Shown here piece by piece: positions 12,919 to 21,261 of a DNA stretch of 64,000 nt. The DNA comes from an uncultured bacterium. GTDB taxonomy: Bacteria; Acidobacteriota; Thermoanaerobaculia; Multivoradales; JAHZIX01. Where the stretch lies: NCBI GenBank assembly GCA_965368975.1, contig CBDUPA010000002.1, positions 160,001 through 224,000 on the forward strand, given 5' to 3'. The notes beneath the pieces were generated by a model. The model searched no databases. It saw only the letters and a list, made by a program, of their open reading frames with translations, and had not been told where the DNA came from. The translations under genes were made by a program, and so were the position numbers. The first letter of the stretch is position 1. Every line of letters begins with the position of its first letter.

Positions 12919-13716
12919 TCAAGCCGTAGCTTCCAAAAGCATGTCTTCCAATCCCAGAAGGCGAGCCATCTGCGGATCTGGAGCACGCACTTCCAGCGGT
13001 TTCAGGTACAGCGTCGTGGCCGCATTGATCGGCTTTGCCGCCAGTTCTCGCAGTGGCCGACGCTCGATCACCGGATCGCAAACGAGGTAGTGCGCTGCCT
13101 GGTAGATGACGACTTCGTGCTCCGGCGGATAGGTCTGCAGCAGAATGTCGACCAACACCTGCAACCCCTGCTGGTTGTACTCCTGCGACTGAAAGGTCAG
13201 GTCGCCGACGCAGCCCGCCTGCCAGATCACCAGTGCGCTACCGGGATCGAAGCGGCGGTGGGTCAGCAGAAAGTCGGTGGCTTCGAAGCTCTGGCAACCG
13301 ACCGGCCCCGGGTCGATACCGAGGTCCGCGAACAGGCAGTCTTCGGCCGAGATACCGGGCAACATCTGGGCCTCGTAACCCTCCTCGCGTGCGCGCCGTA
13401 CCGCCTCGTGCGACGGATTGACGAAGACCCCGGGATGACCGTAGAAGGCGGCGCAGACGTGCAGACCTTCGCGCACCAACTCGAGCATTCGATCGACCAT
13501 CTGGCCATAGGTCTCGAAGCGCGGCTTGTCGTCGCCGTAGAAACGGAACAGCGACTCCGTGTTGGGGTTGAGCGAATCGAGCCAATCCTGGGCCAGTTGA
13601 TCCGCCATGACGTAGAGAACGCGGTCCGCCCTGCGAATGTGTGCGATCGCTTCTTGGGTGGTGTGAGCACCGACCTGGATGCCGGTGCCGACGATGGTCA
13701 AAGAGCCAGCTTTCAA
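12919..13716 (-). CDS. Borosin-type peptide alpha-N-methyltransferase (tetrapyrrole methylase fold; OphMA/SonM homolog)
   Basis: GSLTIVGTGI, Y-x3-K-x-R-x3-Y (YGDDKPRFETY), AFYGHPGVFVNPSH, PGISAEDCLFADLGIDP, GCQSFEATDFL, WQ; TTG start with AGGAGG RBS. Confidence 0.9.
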   Translation of the reverse strand: MKAGSLTIVGTGIQVGAHTTQEAIAHIRRADRVLYVMADQLAQDWLDSLNPNTESLFRFYGDDKPRFETYGQMVDRMLELVREGLHVCAAFYGHPGVFVNPSHEAVRRAREEGYEAQMLPGISAEDCLFADLGIDPGPVGCQSFEATDFLLTHRRFDPGSALVIWQAGCVGDLTFQSQEYNQQGLQVLVDILLQTYPPEHEVVIYQAAHYLVCDPVIERRPLRELAAKPINAATTLYLKPLEVRAPDPQMARLLGLEDMLLEATA

Positions 13717-13763
13717 GGGTTCGCCTCCTAAAGGCAGTCCATGAGATAGGGAAACTCAACAAA

Positions 13764-13794
13764 CCCCGGCAACCGCGTGAAGCCGTTGCCGGGG
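13764..13794 (-). terminator. Intrinsic terminator/attenuator between precursor and methyltransferase
   Basis: Minus strand CCCCGGCAAC-N11-GTTGCCGGGG followed by TTTGTT. Confidence 0.65.
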
Positions 13795-13821
13795 CGACCG
13801 TGGAGAGGTATGGGGGGAGTG

Positions 13822-14079
13822 TCAGGCCGTGGCCTGGTAGATCTCGCGCGTCTGCACGCCGAGCATGATGATCGGCGAGGGTTGAACATCAGTGGTGAGA
13901 AAGCGCATCTGACTCTCTTCGCGGCGCTGCAGGGCGTCCTGGTGATGAGTGGACAGGCCGCTGGCCTGGAGAAGATCCTGCGGGGAACGGCGGAAATCCA
14001 CCGCCTGCATCGGGTCGCTGACCAGTTGCAAGAGGAACTGCTTCAGGTTGTTCGAGTCGTTGCTGCTCTGATGGATCAT
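13822..14079 (-). CDS. Split-borosin precursor peptide (borosin-binding/LigA-like helical leader plus C-terminal core)
   Basis: LKQFLLQLVSDP...DFRRSPQDLLQASGLSTHHQDAL matches the SonA-type leader pattern; core-like tail PSPIIMLGVQTREIYQATA; RBS GGAGA; directly upstream of the methyltransferase. Confidence 0.85.
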   Translation of the reverse strand: MIHQSSNDSNNLKQFLLQLVSDPMQAVDFRRSPQDLLQASGLSTHHQDALQRREESQMRFLTTDVQPSPIIMLGVQTREIYQATA

Positions 14080-14298
14080 CTGGCAATCTCCAAGTAGATG
14101 AATTCAAGGGGGGAATTCAGGTTACGACGCTTGATGTGATGCAAGAACCTCGATGAGAGTTCGATCGAGGCCAGCTCTGCATGGGAGCTGAAGGCTCCGC
14201 GACAGACCGGCGGGCAACCGCCAGAGCGGCACCCGATCGGGCACCGCTGCCGTGCTTCATGCGTTCATGGGCTCAGACGAACGTCGGGCGAGAAACGT

Positions 14299-14317
14299 GA
14301 ATTTTCTGGAATTTTCT
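14299..14317. promoter_or_regulatory. Direct repeat GAATTTTCT x2 (10-bp period), candidate regulator site
   Basis: Exact 9-mers at 14299-14307 and 14309-14317, AT-rich within a GC-rich context, upstream of the precursor. Confidence 0.35.
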
Positions 14318-14339
14318 CTTGCCGGCGCCGATCGGGCGA

Positions 14340-17300
14340 TCAGCTGGCTTCTTGCGTGAGCTGCTGGAAGGTGGCGGCCACGGGATTGTGAACCCAGAAG
14401 CGGCGCTGTGCCGGTCCGGAAAGGTGGCCCGAGATGCGGCGCAAGAGAATGCCAGCCTTCTCCCGATGGTCGTCCCCAGCGCCGGCTTGATAGAGGACTA
14501 GGTGTAGCTCGGCCCGAAGACTCACAGGCATTCGGTCGTGTGTCTCGACAGTCTGCGGGTCTGCTTCCCCGATCAAAGCCAAGTAGGCCTGCGGCAGGAT
14601 GCCGGGAGTATCCAGGGAATACTCGACCGAGAGATCGGAGGCTTCCATGAGCAAGGGCCTTGCGGAACGGAGGTTCTCTCTCCGAATGAAGAGCCTTGCC
14701 AGCGACATGGCGATTTCCGCCTCAGCACGCTTGGCGCTAAGTTCTTGATGAAATTCGAGAGCGGAGTGATAGAGCCTCTCCGCCTGATCCAGATCGCCCC
14801 GAGCAAACGCCAGATCTCCCAGGTAGAGCGAGAAATAGCCTTCAAGATATATAGCCTCGGTCAACCTTGCTAGTTGCAACCCTTGCTGCAGTACCTCTTC
14901 GGCCTCTTCGAGCTTCCCCTCGTCCAGAGCAAGACGGCCCAGCAATCCAAGGGTCAATCCTTCTCCCTGGCGGAAACCGATCTCCTTGGACAACCGCAGG
15001 CTTTGCCCCAACTCGGAGCGGGCACGCTCGTAGTCTCCCAGATTGCGCAGTGTCAGTCCCAACATGGCACTGATACGCACTCTCAACTCGAGCGAATGCA
15101 CCTGTTCGACGTGATCCATCCCTGCATCAAACTGGCTCAAAGCCGACTCGTATCGTCCCATCCCCAGGAGAGCGCCGCCCACCGCGAGGCGACATGCTGC
15201 CTGCAGGTGAAGATCCTGAAGGTCCTGAGCCAGCTTCAGACGTCGCTCCAGCCACGTCAGCGAGTCCTCGAACTCTCCCAGTTGCAGTGACACACTGCCC
15301 ATGAGACCGAGTACTTCGGCGTGCAAGTCGTCGTCCTCGTGCCTTTCGGCATACTGGAGAGGAGGCTGCAGCGCACTACGCGCCTCCCAGTAGCGTGCTC
15401 GGTTCATCAACAGGCGAGCCTGCGCGACTTCGGCCCAGGCGACGCGTCCGGGATCCTCCGCGCTACGTGCGGCTTCCAGTGCTGCCACGGCCGTCTCGTT
15501 CTCTTCCTCGCGATAACCCATGAGGTCGAGACACTCGGTCTGCCGCAACAGAACATCACAGCGAAGGGCCGGATCAGTGACAACCCTCAGCGCGATCTGG
15601 CTCAGCTCCAACAAGGTCTCGTGCTGGTAGCGACGGGCCAGGAAGTCCAGCGCCCGCAGCAACGTTCGCCCCCCCCTCTCGATGTCGCCGCCGCGCAGGA
15701 AGTGCTCACACAGGAAGACTGCCTCGCGGCCGGAGATCTCCTCGGCCGGCAAGCTGGCCAAGCCTTCGCGCTCTTCGTAAACCTCGGCCAGGCGCCGGTG
15801 CGCCGCCCAGCGCTCGTCCGGTGACAAGCGGGCCGCCAGCATCTCCGGCAGTTGGTGCTGGTCAAATCGATAGTCGGTACCCAGAGCCCACACCACGCCG
15901 CTACGCCGCTCGATCGCCGCCAGCTGATCCAGGACCTGCAGGCGCTTGAGGCCAAGCATGTGTGCCACCAAGTCAGGGTCGAAGTTGTAGCCCTGCAGTG
16001 ACGCGGTTCCGAGCAAGTCGAGCTGTTCGTCGCTCAACGCAGCGAGGCGCGTCTCCAGCAGCTCGCGCACGGAAGCCGGAATCTCGAGCACCGCGAGCTC
16101 GTCGTGCAGGCTGTAGGCACCGCCCGCCGACGGCCGCAGGTTGCCGCGCGAAATCAAGTCGTGGACGATCTCGCTGATGAAGAAGGGATTGCCGTCGGCG
16201 CGCACCGCCAGCCGCGGACCCAACTGCTCGGCGGTGCTGGTCGATGCCAACATTTCGTCGAGCAAGCGTACGACCTGGCGCTCAGATAACCGCGACAGGT
16301 GGATCTTGCGGCAGTGGTCGAGCTGCCGCACGTCTTCGAGCTGGGGCACGCTGGTGCCCGAGCGGCAGGTGCCGATCAACAGGATCGGGTGGCCATCGAC
16401 CTCGCGTGCCAGCGCACGGAAGTAGTTCAGGGTTTCCTGCCCGGCAAACTGCAAATCTTCGACGATCCACAGCACTGGCCGCTCGCTGGCCAGTGCACAG
16501 GCGAGGTAGGACAGCACCGCCTGCAGAGCTTCCTTGGGCAGGGGTTCGACGTCGGCAGGGGGCAGCCGACCGCGCAGCAGGGCAGCGAACGCCGGCACCA
16601 GACGCGTGGTCAGAGACAGGTACCGCTGCAGCTGCGACTCGAGCTGGAACTCGCCGAGATGCTCGTGGACCGCCTGGAACAGTGGATTGACCGATGCCCG
16701 CGGCTGGGCCGCGCCGTAGAGCACGTGCAGGCCTTGGCTCGACTCGGCCAGGCGCTGTAGGAACGCATCGACCAACCGTGTCTTACCGATACCGGCTTCA
16801 CCTTCGAGCAACACGACCCTACCGCGGCCGCGGCTGGAGTCGCGCAGCAGCGCATGCAGGGTCTCCAGCTCGGTAAAGCGACCGACGAACGGCACCGCAC
16901 GCGAAACGTCCAGTCGGCGCAGCTCGTCGTAGCGGTTCTCCTGCCGCAGCTCGTGCTCACGCTGCTGCCACCAGGCCGACTCCTCGCCCTGATCGAGCAC
17001 TTCGATCAACGCCTCCGCCGAGCCGAAACGCTCGCTAGGCTCCTTGAGCATCAGACGCACCACGACTTCTTCCAGCAGCGGTGTGATGCGACTGTTGAGG
17101 TGGCCCATCTTGGGCGGTACGTGCTGCAGGTGACGCTGAATGGTGGCGCGGGTGTTGCGGCCATGGAACGGCTGCACTGTCGTCGCCGCCTCGTACAGAA
17201 TGACGCCAAGAGAATAGAGGTCCGAGGCCGGCGTCACGACCTCGCAGCGGATCTGCTCCGGTGGTGCGTACATCAGAGTGCCGACGAAGCCTCCGTCGCG

Positions 17301-17933
17301 AGTCAGCCGTTCGGTCCCCTGGTTGTCCAGCCACAGGGCTAGGCCAAGATCCATCAACTTGACGCTGTAGTCCGGCGTCATCAGGATGTTGGTCGGCTTG
17401 AGGTCGCGGTGCGTCGCACCGATCGCGTGCAGGGCGCTGAGACCGCGAGCGATCTGCAGTGCCAGTTGACGCAAGAGTGCGTCCGCCAGAGCTCCATGCT
17501 GGCGCATCAAGGCACGCAGGGTGCGCCCCTGCACGTACTCCAGCACCAGGTAGTGGATCGGCACGCCGTCGACGACGAGGTCGCCGGAGTCGTAAGTCCG
17601 GATGATCGCCGGATGATCGATCCGCTGCCCAATTTCCGCCTCGCGATAGAAGCGTTCGAGCAGCGATGGCACGTCGAGGCAGCTGGGGTGCATCACCTTG
17701 ACGGCGACCTGCGAGCCGATCGGCAGGTAGGGAGTCGAGGTGATCAGGCGAGCGCTGTAGACTGTGCTGGTCGCACCGCTGCCCAACTCGTTCTCGAGTT
17801 TGCAGGGACCCAGTCTTTGACCGACGAGGAACTTACCGGCTCGACGCGACGGCGCGATGGCGGCCTCCTCATGGACAGCGCTTCCACTACCGATAGAAGC
17901 GACCTGACGGATGTTCAACTCGCTCGAGCTCAC
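14340..17933 (-). CDS. Ser/Thr protein kinase - STAND/AAA ATPase - TPR protein
   Basis: Kinase motifs GSGATS, VAVK, HRDLKPTN, DLG, GTLMYAPPE; Walker A GEAGIGKT, Walker B WIVED, GNPFF; C-terminal TPR-like helices; no TM segment evident. Confidence 0.9.
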   Translation of the reverse strand: MSSSELNIRQVASIGSGSAVHEEAAIAPSRRAGKFLVGQRLGPCKLENELGSGATSTVYSARLITSTPYLPIGSQVAVKVMHPSCLDVPSLLERFYREAEIGQRIDHPAIIRTYDSGDLVVDGVPIHYLVLEYVQGRTLRALMRQHGALADALLRQLALQIARGLSALHAIGATHRDLKPTNILMTPDYSVKLMDLGLALWLDNQGTERLTRDGGFVGTLMYAPPEQIRCEVVTPASDLYSLGVILYEAATTVQPFHGRNTRATIQRHLQHVPPKMGHLNSRITPLLEEVVVRLMLKEPSERFGSAEALIEVLDQGEESAWWQQREHELRQENRYDELRRLDVSRAVPFVGRFTELETLHALLRDSSRGRGRVVLLEGEAGIGKTRLVDAFLQRLAESSQGLHVLYGAAQPRASVNPLFQAVHEHLGEFQLESQLQRYLSLTTRLVPAFAALLRGRLPPADVEPLPKEALQAVLSYLACALASERPVLWIVEDLQFAGQETLNYFRALAREVDGHPILLIGTCRSGTSVPQLEDVRQLDHCRKIHLSRLSERQVVRLLDEMLASTSTAEQLGPRLAVRADGNPFFISEIVHDLISRGNLRPSAGGAYSLHDELAVLEIPASVRELLETRLAALSDEQLDLLGTASLQGYNFDPDLVAHMLGLKRLQVLDQLAAIERRSGVVWALGTDYRFDQHQLPEMLAARLSPDERWAAHRRLAEVYEEREGLASLPAEEISGREAVFLCEHFLRGGDIERGGRTLLRALDFLARRYQHETLLELSQIALRVVTDPALRCDVLLRQTECLDLMGYREEENETAVAALEAARSAEDPGRVAWAEVAQARLLMNRARYWEARSALQPPLQYAERHEDDDLHAEVLGLMGSVSLQLGEFEDSLTWLERRLKLAQDLQDLHLQAACRLAVGGALLGMGRYESALSQFDAGMDHVEQVHSLELRVRISAMLGLTLRNLGDYERARSELGQSLRLSKEIGFRQGEGLTLGLLGRLALDEGKLEEAEEVLQQGLQLARLTEAIYLEGYFSLYLGDLAFARGDLDQAERLYHSALEFHQELSAKRAEAEIAMSLARLFIRRENLRSARPLLMEASDLSVEYSLDTPGILPQAYLALIGEADPQTVETHDRMPVSLRAELHLVLYQAGAGDDHREKAGILLRRISGHLSGPAQRRFWVHNPVAATFQQLTQEAS

Positions 17934-18060
17934 GGATCCCTCCCAATCTCCCCTCCCCTCGGCTCTGCAACGAGACCGGATGCTTTGACCCAGGTTCCTC
18001 GAACTGAAAGACCGTACCAGCGCTCAGCGGCACTCTAAATCATCGAACGAAAGCGTGATG

Positions 18061-18089
18061 ACGGTAAGGCAAAACGCCATTCTCGTCAA
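18061..18089 (-). promoter_or_regulatory. Putative sigma70 promoter for the kinase gene
   Basis: Minus strand TTGACG-N17-TACCGT. Confidence 0.5.
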
Positions 18090-18103
18090 GGACCTTGGCA
18101 GGG

Positions 18104-18129
18104 AAACGGGACCGCTGCCGGCCCCGTTT
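18104..18129 (-). terminator. Probable pccB terminator
   Basis: Minus strand AAACGGGGCCG-GCAG-CGGTCCCGTTT hairpin just after the pccB stop. Confidence 0.5.
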
Positions 18130-18151
18130 GTGCCCCTCCCAAGAGCGGCAT

Positions 18152-19714
18152 TCAGAGCGGAATATTGCCGTGCCGCTTGGGCGGCATGGTGGCCCGCTTG
18201 CCGTTGAGCTGACGCAGCGCGCGGATGATGCGTGGGCGCGTTTCCTTGGGCTCGATGATGGCGTCGATGTAGCCCCGCTCAGCGGCCACATATGGGTTGG
18301 AGAACTTGTCCCGGTACTCCTGCACCTTCTGTGCCCGCACCTCGGCGGCCTTGTCTCCGGCCTCCTGCAATTCACGCCGGTAGAGGATATTGACGGCCCC
18401 CTCGGGCCCCATGACGGCAATCTCTGCCGTCGGATACGCCAAGTTGACGTCGGTCCGGATGTGCTTGCTGGCCATCACGCAGTAGGCACCACCATAGGCC
18501 TTGCGCGTGATGACGGTGATCTTCGGGACCGTCGCCTCAGCGAAGGCGTAGAGCAGCTTGGCACCATGCTTGATGATGCCACCATGCTCCTGCTGCACGC
18601 CCGGCAGGAAGCCTGGAACATCCTCGAACACCACCAGCGGGATGTTGAAGGCGTCACAGAAGCGAACGAAGCGGGCACCCTTGAGCGAGGACTCGATGTC
18701 GAGCACGCCGGCCAGATAGTTTGGCTGGTTGGCCACGATGCCGACCGAGCGGTTGGCGAAGCGGGCAAAGCCGACCAGGATGTTGCGCGCGTAGTCTTTG
18801 TGCACCTCGACGAACTTGCCATCGTCGACCACCGCCTCGATCACCTTGTGCATGTCGTACGGCTTGTTGGGGTCGGCTGGGATCAGGCTGTTCAGGCTCT
18901 CTTCCTGGCGGTTGGGGTCGTCGTCGCTGTGCCCTGTCGGTGGGTCGTCCATGTTGTTGGACGGCAGGTAAGACAGCAGGTCGCGAATCGACGCCAGGCA
19001 GGCCGCGTCGTTGGCGGCCGTGAAGTGGCAGACACCGCTCTTGGCGCTGTGTGTCGAGGCACCGCCGAGCGCCTCCTTGGTCACCTCCTCGTGGGTCACC
19101 GTCTTGATCACCTCCGGGCCGGTGACGAACATGTAGCTCGTGCCCTCGACCATATAGATGAAGTCGGTGATCGCGGGCGAGTACACTGCGCCGCCGGCGC
19201 AGGGTCCGAGAATGGCGCTGATCTGCGGGATGACACCGCTGGAGAGCGTGTTGCGCAGGAAGATGTCGGCATAGCCACCCAGCGAAGCCACCCCCTCCTG
19301 GATACGCGCACCACCGGAGTCGTTGAGACCGACCAGCGGTGCACCGTTCTCCAGCGCCAAGTCCATGATCTTGCAGATTTTCTGCGCGTTGGTCTCGGAC
19401 AGCGAGCCGCCGAAGACAGTAAAGTCCTGCGCGAAGACGTACACCAGGCGACCGTCAATGGTGCCATAGCCGGTGATCACGCCATCGCCCGGAATCGTCT
19501 TGTCACCCATGCCGAAATCCTGGCAGCGGTGCATCACCAGTGCATCCAGCTCGACGAACGAACCGGTGTCCAGAAGGAGATCGACGCGCTCACGAGCGGT
19601 CAGTTTGCCCGACGCATGCTGCTTCTCGATGCGTGCGGTGCCGCCACCCTGGCGCGATGCTTCGAGCCGTTGCTGCAGATCTTCCAGACGTTCTTCCACG
19701 CTAGTGGCGCTCAT
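18152..19714 (-). CDS. pccB: Acyl-CoA (propionyl-CoA) carboxylase carboxyltransferase beta subunit
   Basis: [47 protein letters not shown]-terminal KRHGNIPL. Confidence 0.92.
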   Translation of the reverse strand: MSATSVEERLEDLQQRLEASRQGGGTARIEKQHASGKLTARERVDLLLDTGSFVELDALVMHRCQDFGMGDKTIPGDGVITGYGTIDGRLVYVFAQDFTVFGGSLSETNAQKICKIMDLALENGAPLVGLNDSGGARIQEGVASLGGYADIFLRNTLSSGVIPQISAILGPCAGGAVYSPAITDFIYMVEGTSYMFVTGPEVIKTVTHEEVTKEALGGASTHSAKSGVCHFTAANDAACLASIRDLLSYLPSNNMDDPPTGHSDDDPNRQEESLNSLIPADPNKPYDMHKVIEAVVDDGKFVEVHKDYARNILVGFARFANRSVGIVANQPNYLAGVLDIESSLKGARFVRFCDAFNIPLVVFEDVPGFLPGVQQEHGGIIKHGAKLLYAFAEATVPKITVITRKAYGGAYCVMASKHIRTDVNLAYPTAEIAVMGPEGAVNILYRRELQEAGDKAAEVRAQKVQEYRDKFSNPYVAAERGYIDAIIEPKETRPRIIRALRQLNGKRATMPPKRHGNIPL

Positions 19715-19938
19715 GGATCGTGCCTCTCCTCCAGATCGACCGAGCCGCCGGCGGTAGCCTCCCCGCGGCGGTACGGCTCTGCGTTGTCAGAATGACGTTC
19801 TCAGATGTGGTGTTCGCGGACGATACCCGACGCGTTCCGAATCCGCGCACCGAAACGCCCAGCTTGCTTATCACATCCGGCCCAGCCGCTCCAGCATCCA
19901 ACCTCGCTCGGCCCCTGCTTTGCGATGAGTGTGCCAGA

Positions 19939-21261
19939 ATGCCGGCCGTGCCGTTTTCGAGTCTCGACGCCGCCGCCTTCTCCCGTGCCCTCGCGCAAAT
20001 CGCCGAATACCCCGACGACTTGGTGGACGTGTATCTGGAACGGCGTGAAGACGTCGACCTGGCACCTGAAGACGAGGGCCCGGGCCTGCGCGTATGGCGC
20101 GAGGAAGGCCTGGCGGTACGCCTGGTGCGTGACGGCCACACCTGGCTGGCCTCACGCGACACCCTGGATGCGCGCCTGTTCAGCGACGCCCTGCGACAAG
20201 TAGCACGCGCCTTGCCATCCGCCGCCTATCCGGAACCGCGCCTGCAGGTGGCACCGTGGCAGCGCGACCCTGACACCGCCGAGGTCCAGACCTTCCCGTC
20301 GGCCGTCCAGCGCGCGCTGCGCCAGCGTCACGTCGCCTTCCCCCTGCGCCTGTCGGTCCGGCGCCACCGCCGCTGGCTGCAAGTCATCGGACCGCACCTG
20401 GTACCGGCGCAGCAGCAGGAGAGCTTCTACAGCTGCGTCTGCGAGCTACCCTGGTCGCGCTTCGGCACGCTGCTGCCCGAACTCGGTGAGGCTGGCGTCG
20501 AGACCTTCACCGCCCAGCTGCTCGGGTACTTCCGCAGCCGTCAGGCGACGCCGCCGGACACTTGCCGCGGCGTCGTCGTCCTCGATGCCAGCGCCACGGC
20601 TGTCCTGCTGCACGAGGCCGTCGCACATGCGCTGGAAGCCGACACGCTGGCGCTGGGCGGCAAACCGGACGCCGCCATCGGCCTGCGCATCGGCGCCGAG
20701 GGTCTCAACGTGCTCGACGACCCCGCCGCCGCCCCCACAGGCGTGCGCCGTGACACCGACGACGAAGGCGTCCAGGTGAGTCGACGCTGGTTGCTGCGCG
20801 ACGGCATCGTCGAGCAACCGCTGGCCGATGGCGCCTGGGCGAGTGGTTGGGACGGCTTACAGCCCGGCTGCGGCCGCCGCAGTCACCGCCACCTACCGCC
20901 GGTGCCGCGCTCCAGCTACTTGGAGCTACTGCCTGGCGACTGCGACCTCGACGACCTGCTCTACGACGCCGACGGCGGACTCTTCGTCACCGAAGCGTCG
21001 CGCGGCAGCCTCGACCCACTCACAGGTGCTTTCACCCTGCACCTGCCCTACGCTCGACGTATCCGAGGCGGCGAGATCGCCGATGCGGTCGGCCCGTGCA
21101 GCTTGCACGGCAGCGTCAGCGATTTGCTCAGCCTGGTGCGCGGCATCGGCACCGAGACGCGCCCCGCTGGCGCCGGCTGGTGCGCCAAAGGCGGCGTCAA
21201 GGTACCCGTGTGGGCACGCGCCCCCGCCATCCGGCTCGAAGGCGTCGAGGTGACGCCGTGA
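19939..21261 (+). CDS. tldD: TldD/PmbA family metalloprotease, catalytic TldD-like subunit (start 19939 or GTG 19948)
   Basis: LLHEAVAHALEAD (HExxxH), DDEG, C-terminal GWCAKGG Cys ligand. Confidence 0.8.
   Translation: MPAVPFSSLDAAAFSRALAQIAEYPDDLVDVYLERREDVDLAPEDEGPGLRVWREEGLAVRLVRDGHTWLASRDTLDARLFSDALRQVARALPSAAYPEPRLQVAPWQRDPDTAEVQTFPSAVQRALRQRHVAFPLRLSVRRHRRWLQVIGPHLVPAQQQESFYSCVCELPWSRFGTLLPELGEAGVETFTAQLLGYFRSRQATPPDTCRGVVVLDASATAVLLHEAVAHALEADTLALGGKPDAAIGLRIGAEGLNVLDDPAAAPTGVRRDTDDEGVQVSRRWLLRDGIVEQPLADGAWASGWDGLQPGCGRRSHRHLPPVPRSSYLELLPGDCDLDDLLYDADGGLFVTEASRGSLDPLTGAFTLHLPYARRIRGGEIADAVGPCSLHGSVSDLLSLVRGIGTETRPAGAGWCAKGGVKVPVWARAPAIRLEGVEVTP

Noticed and set aside
12919-13716. Cobalamin/siroheme tetrapyrrole methylase interpretation
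   Set aside because: It has YGHP rather than the GDP motif of CobA/CysG-type enzymes, there are no tetrapyrrole genes nearby, and a borosin-type precursor is adjacent.
14117-14260. 47-codon minus-strand ORF (MKHGSGAR...) as a second borosin precursor
   Set aside because: No RBS, no leader similarity, and it overlaps the hairpin-rich leader.
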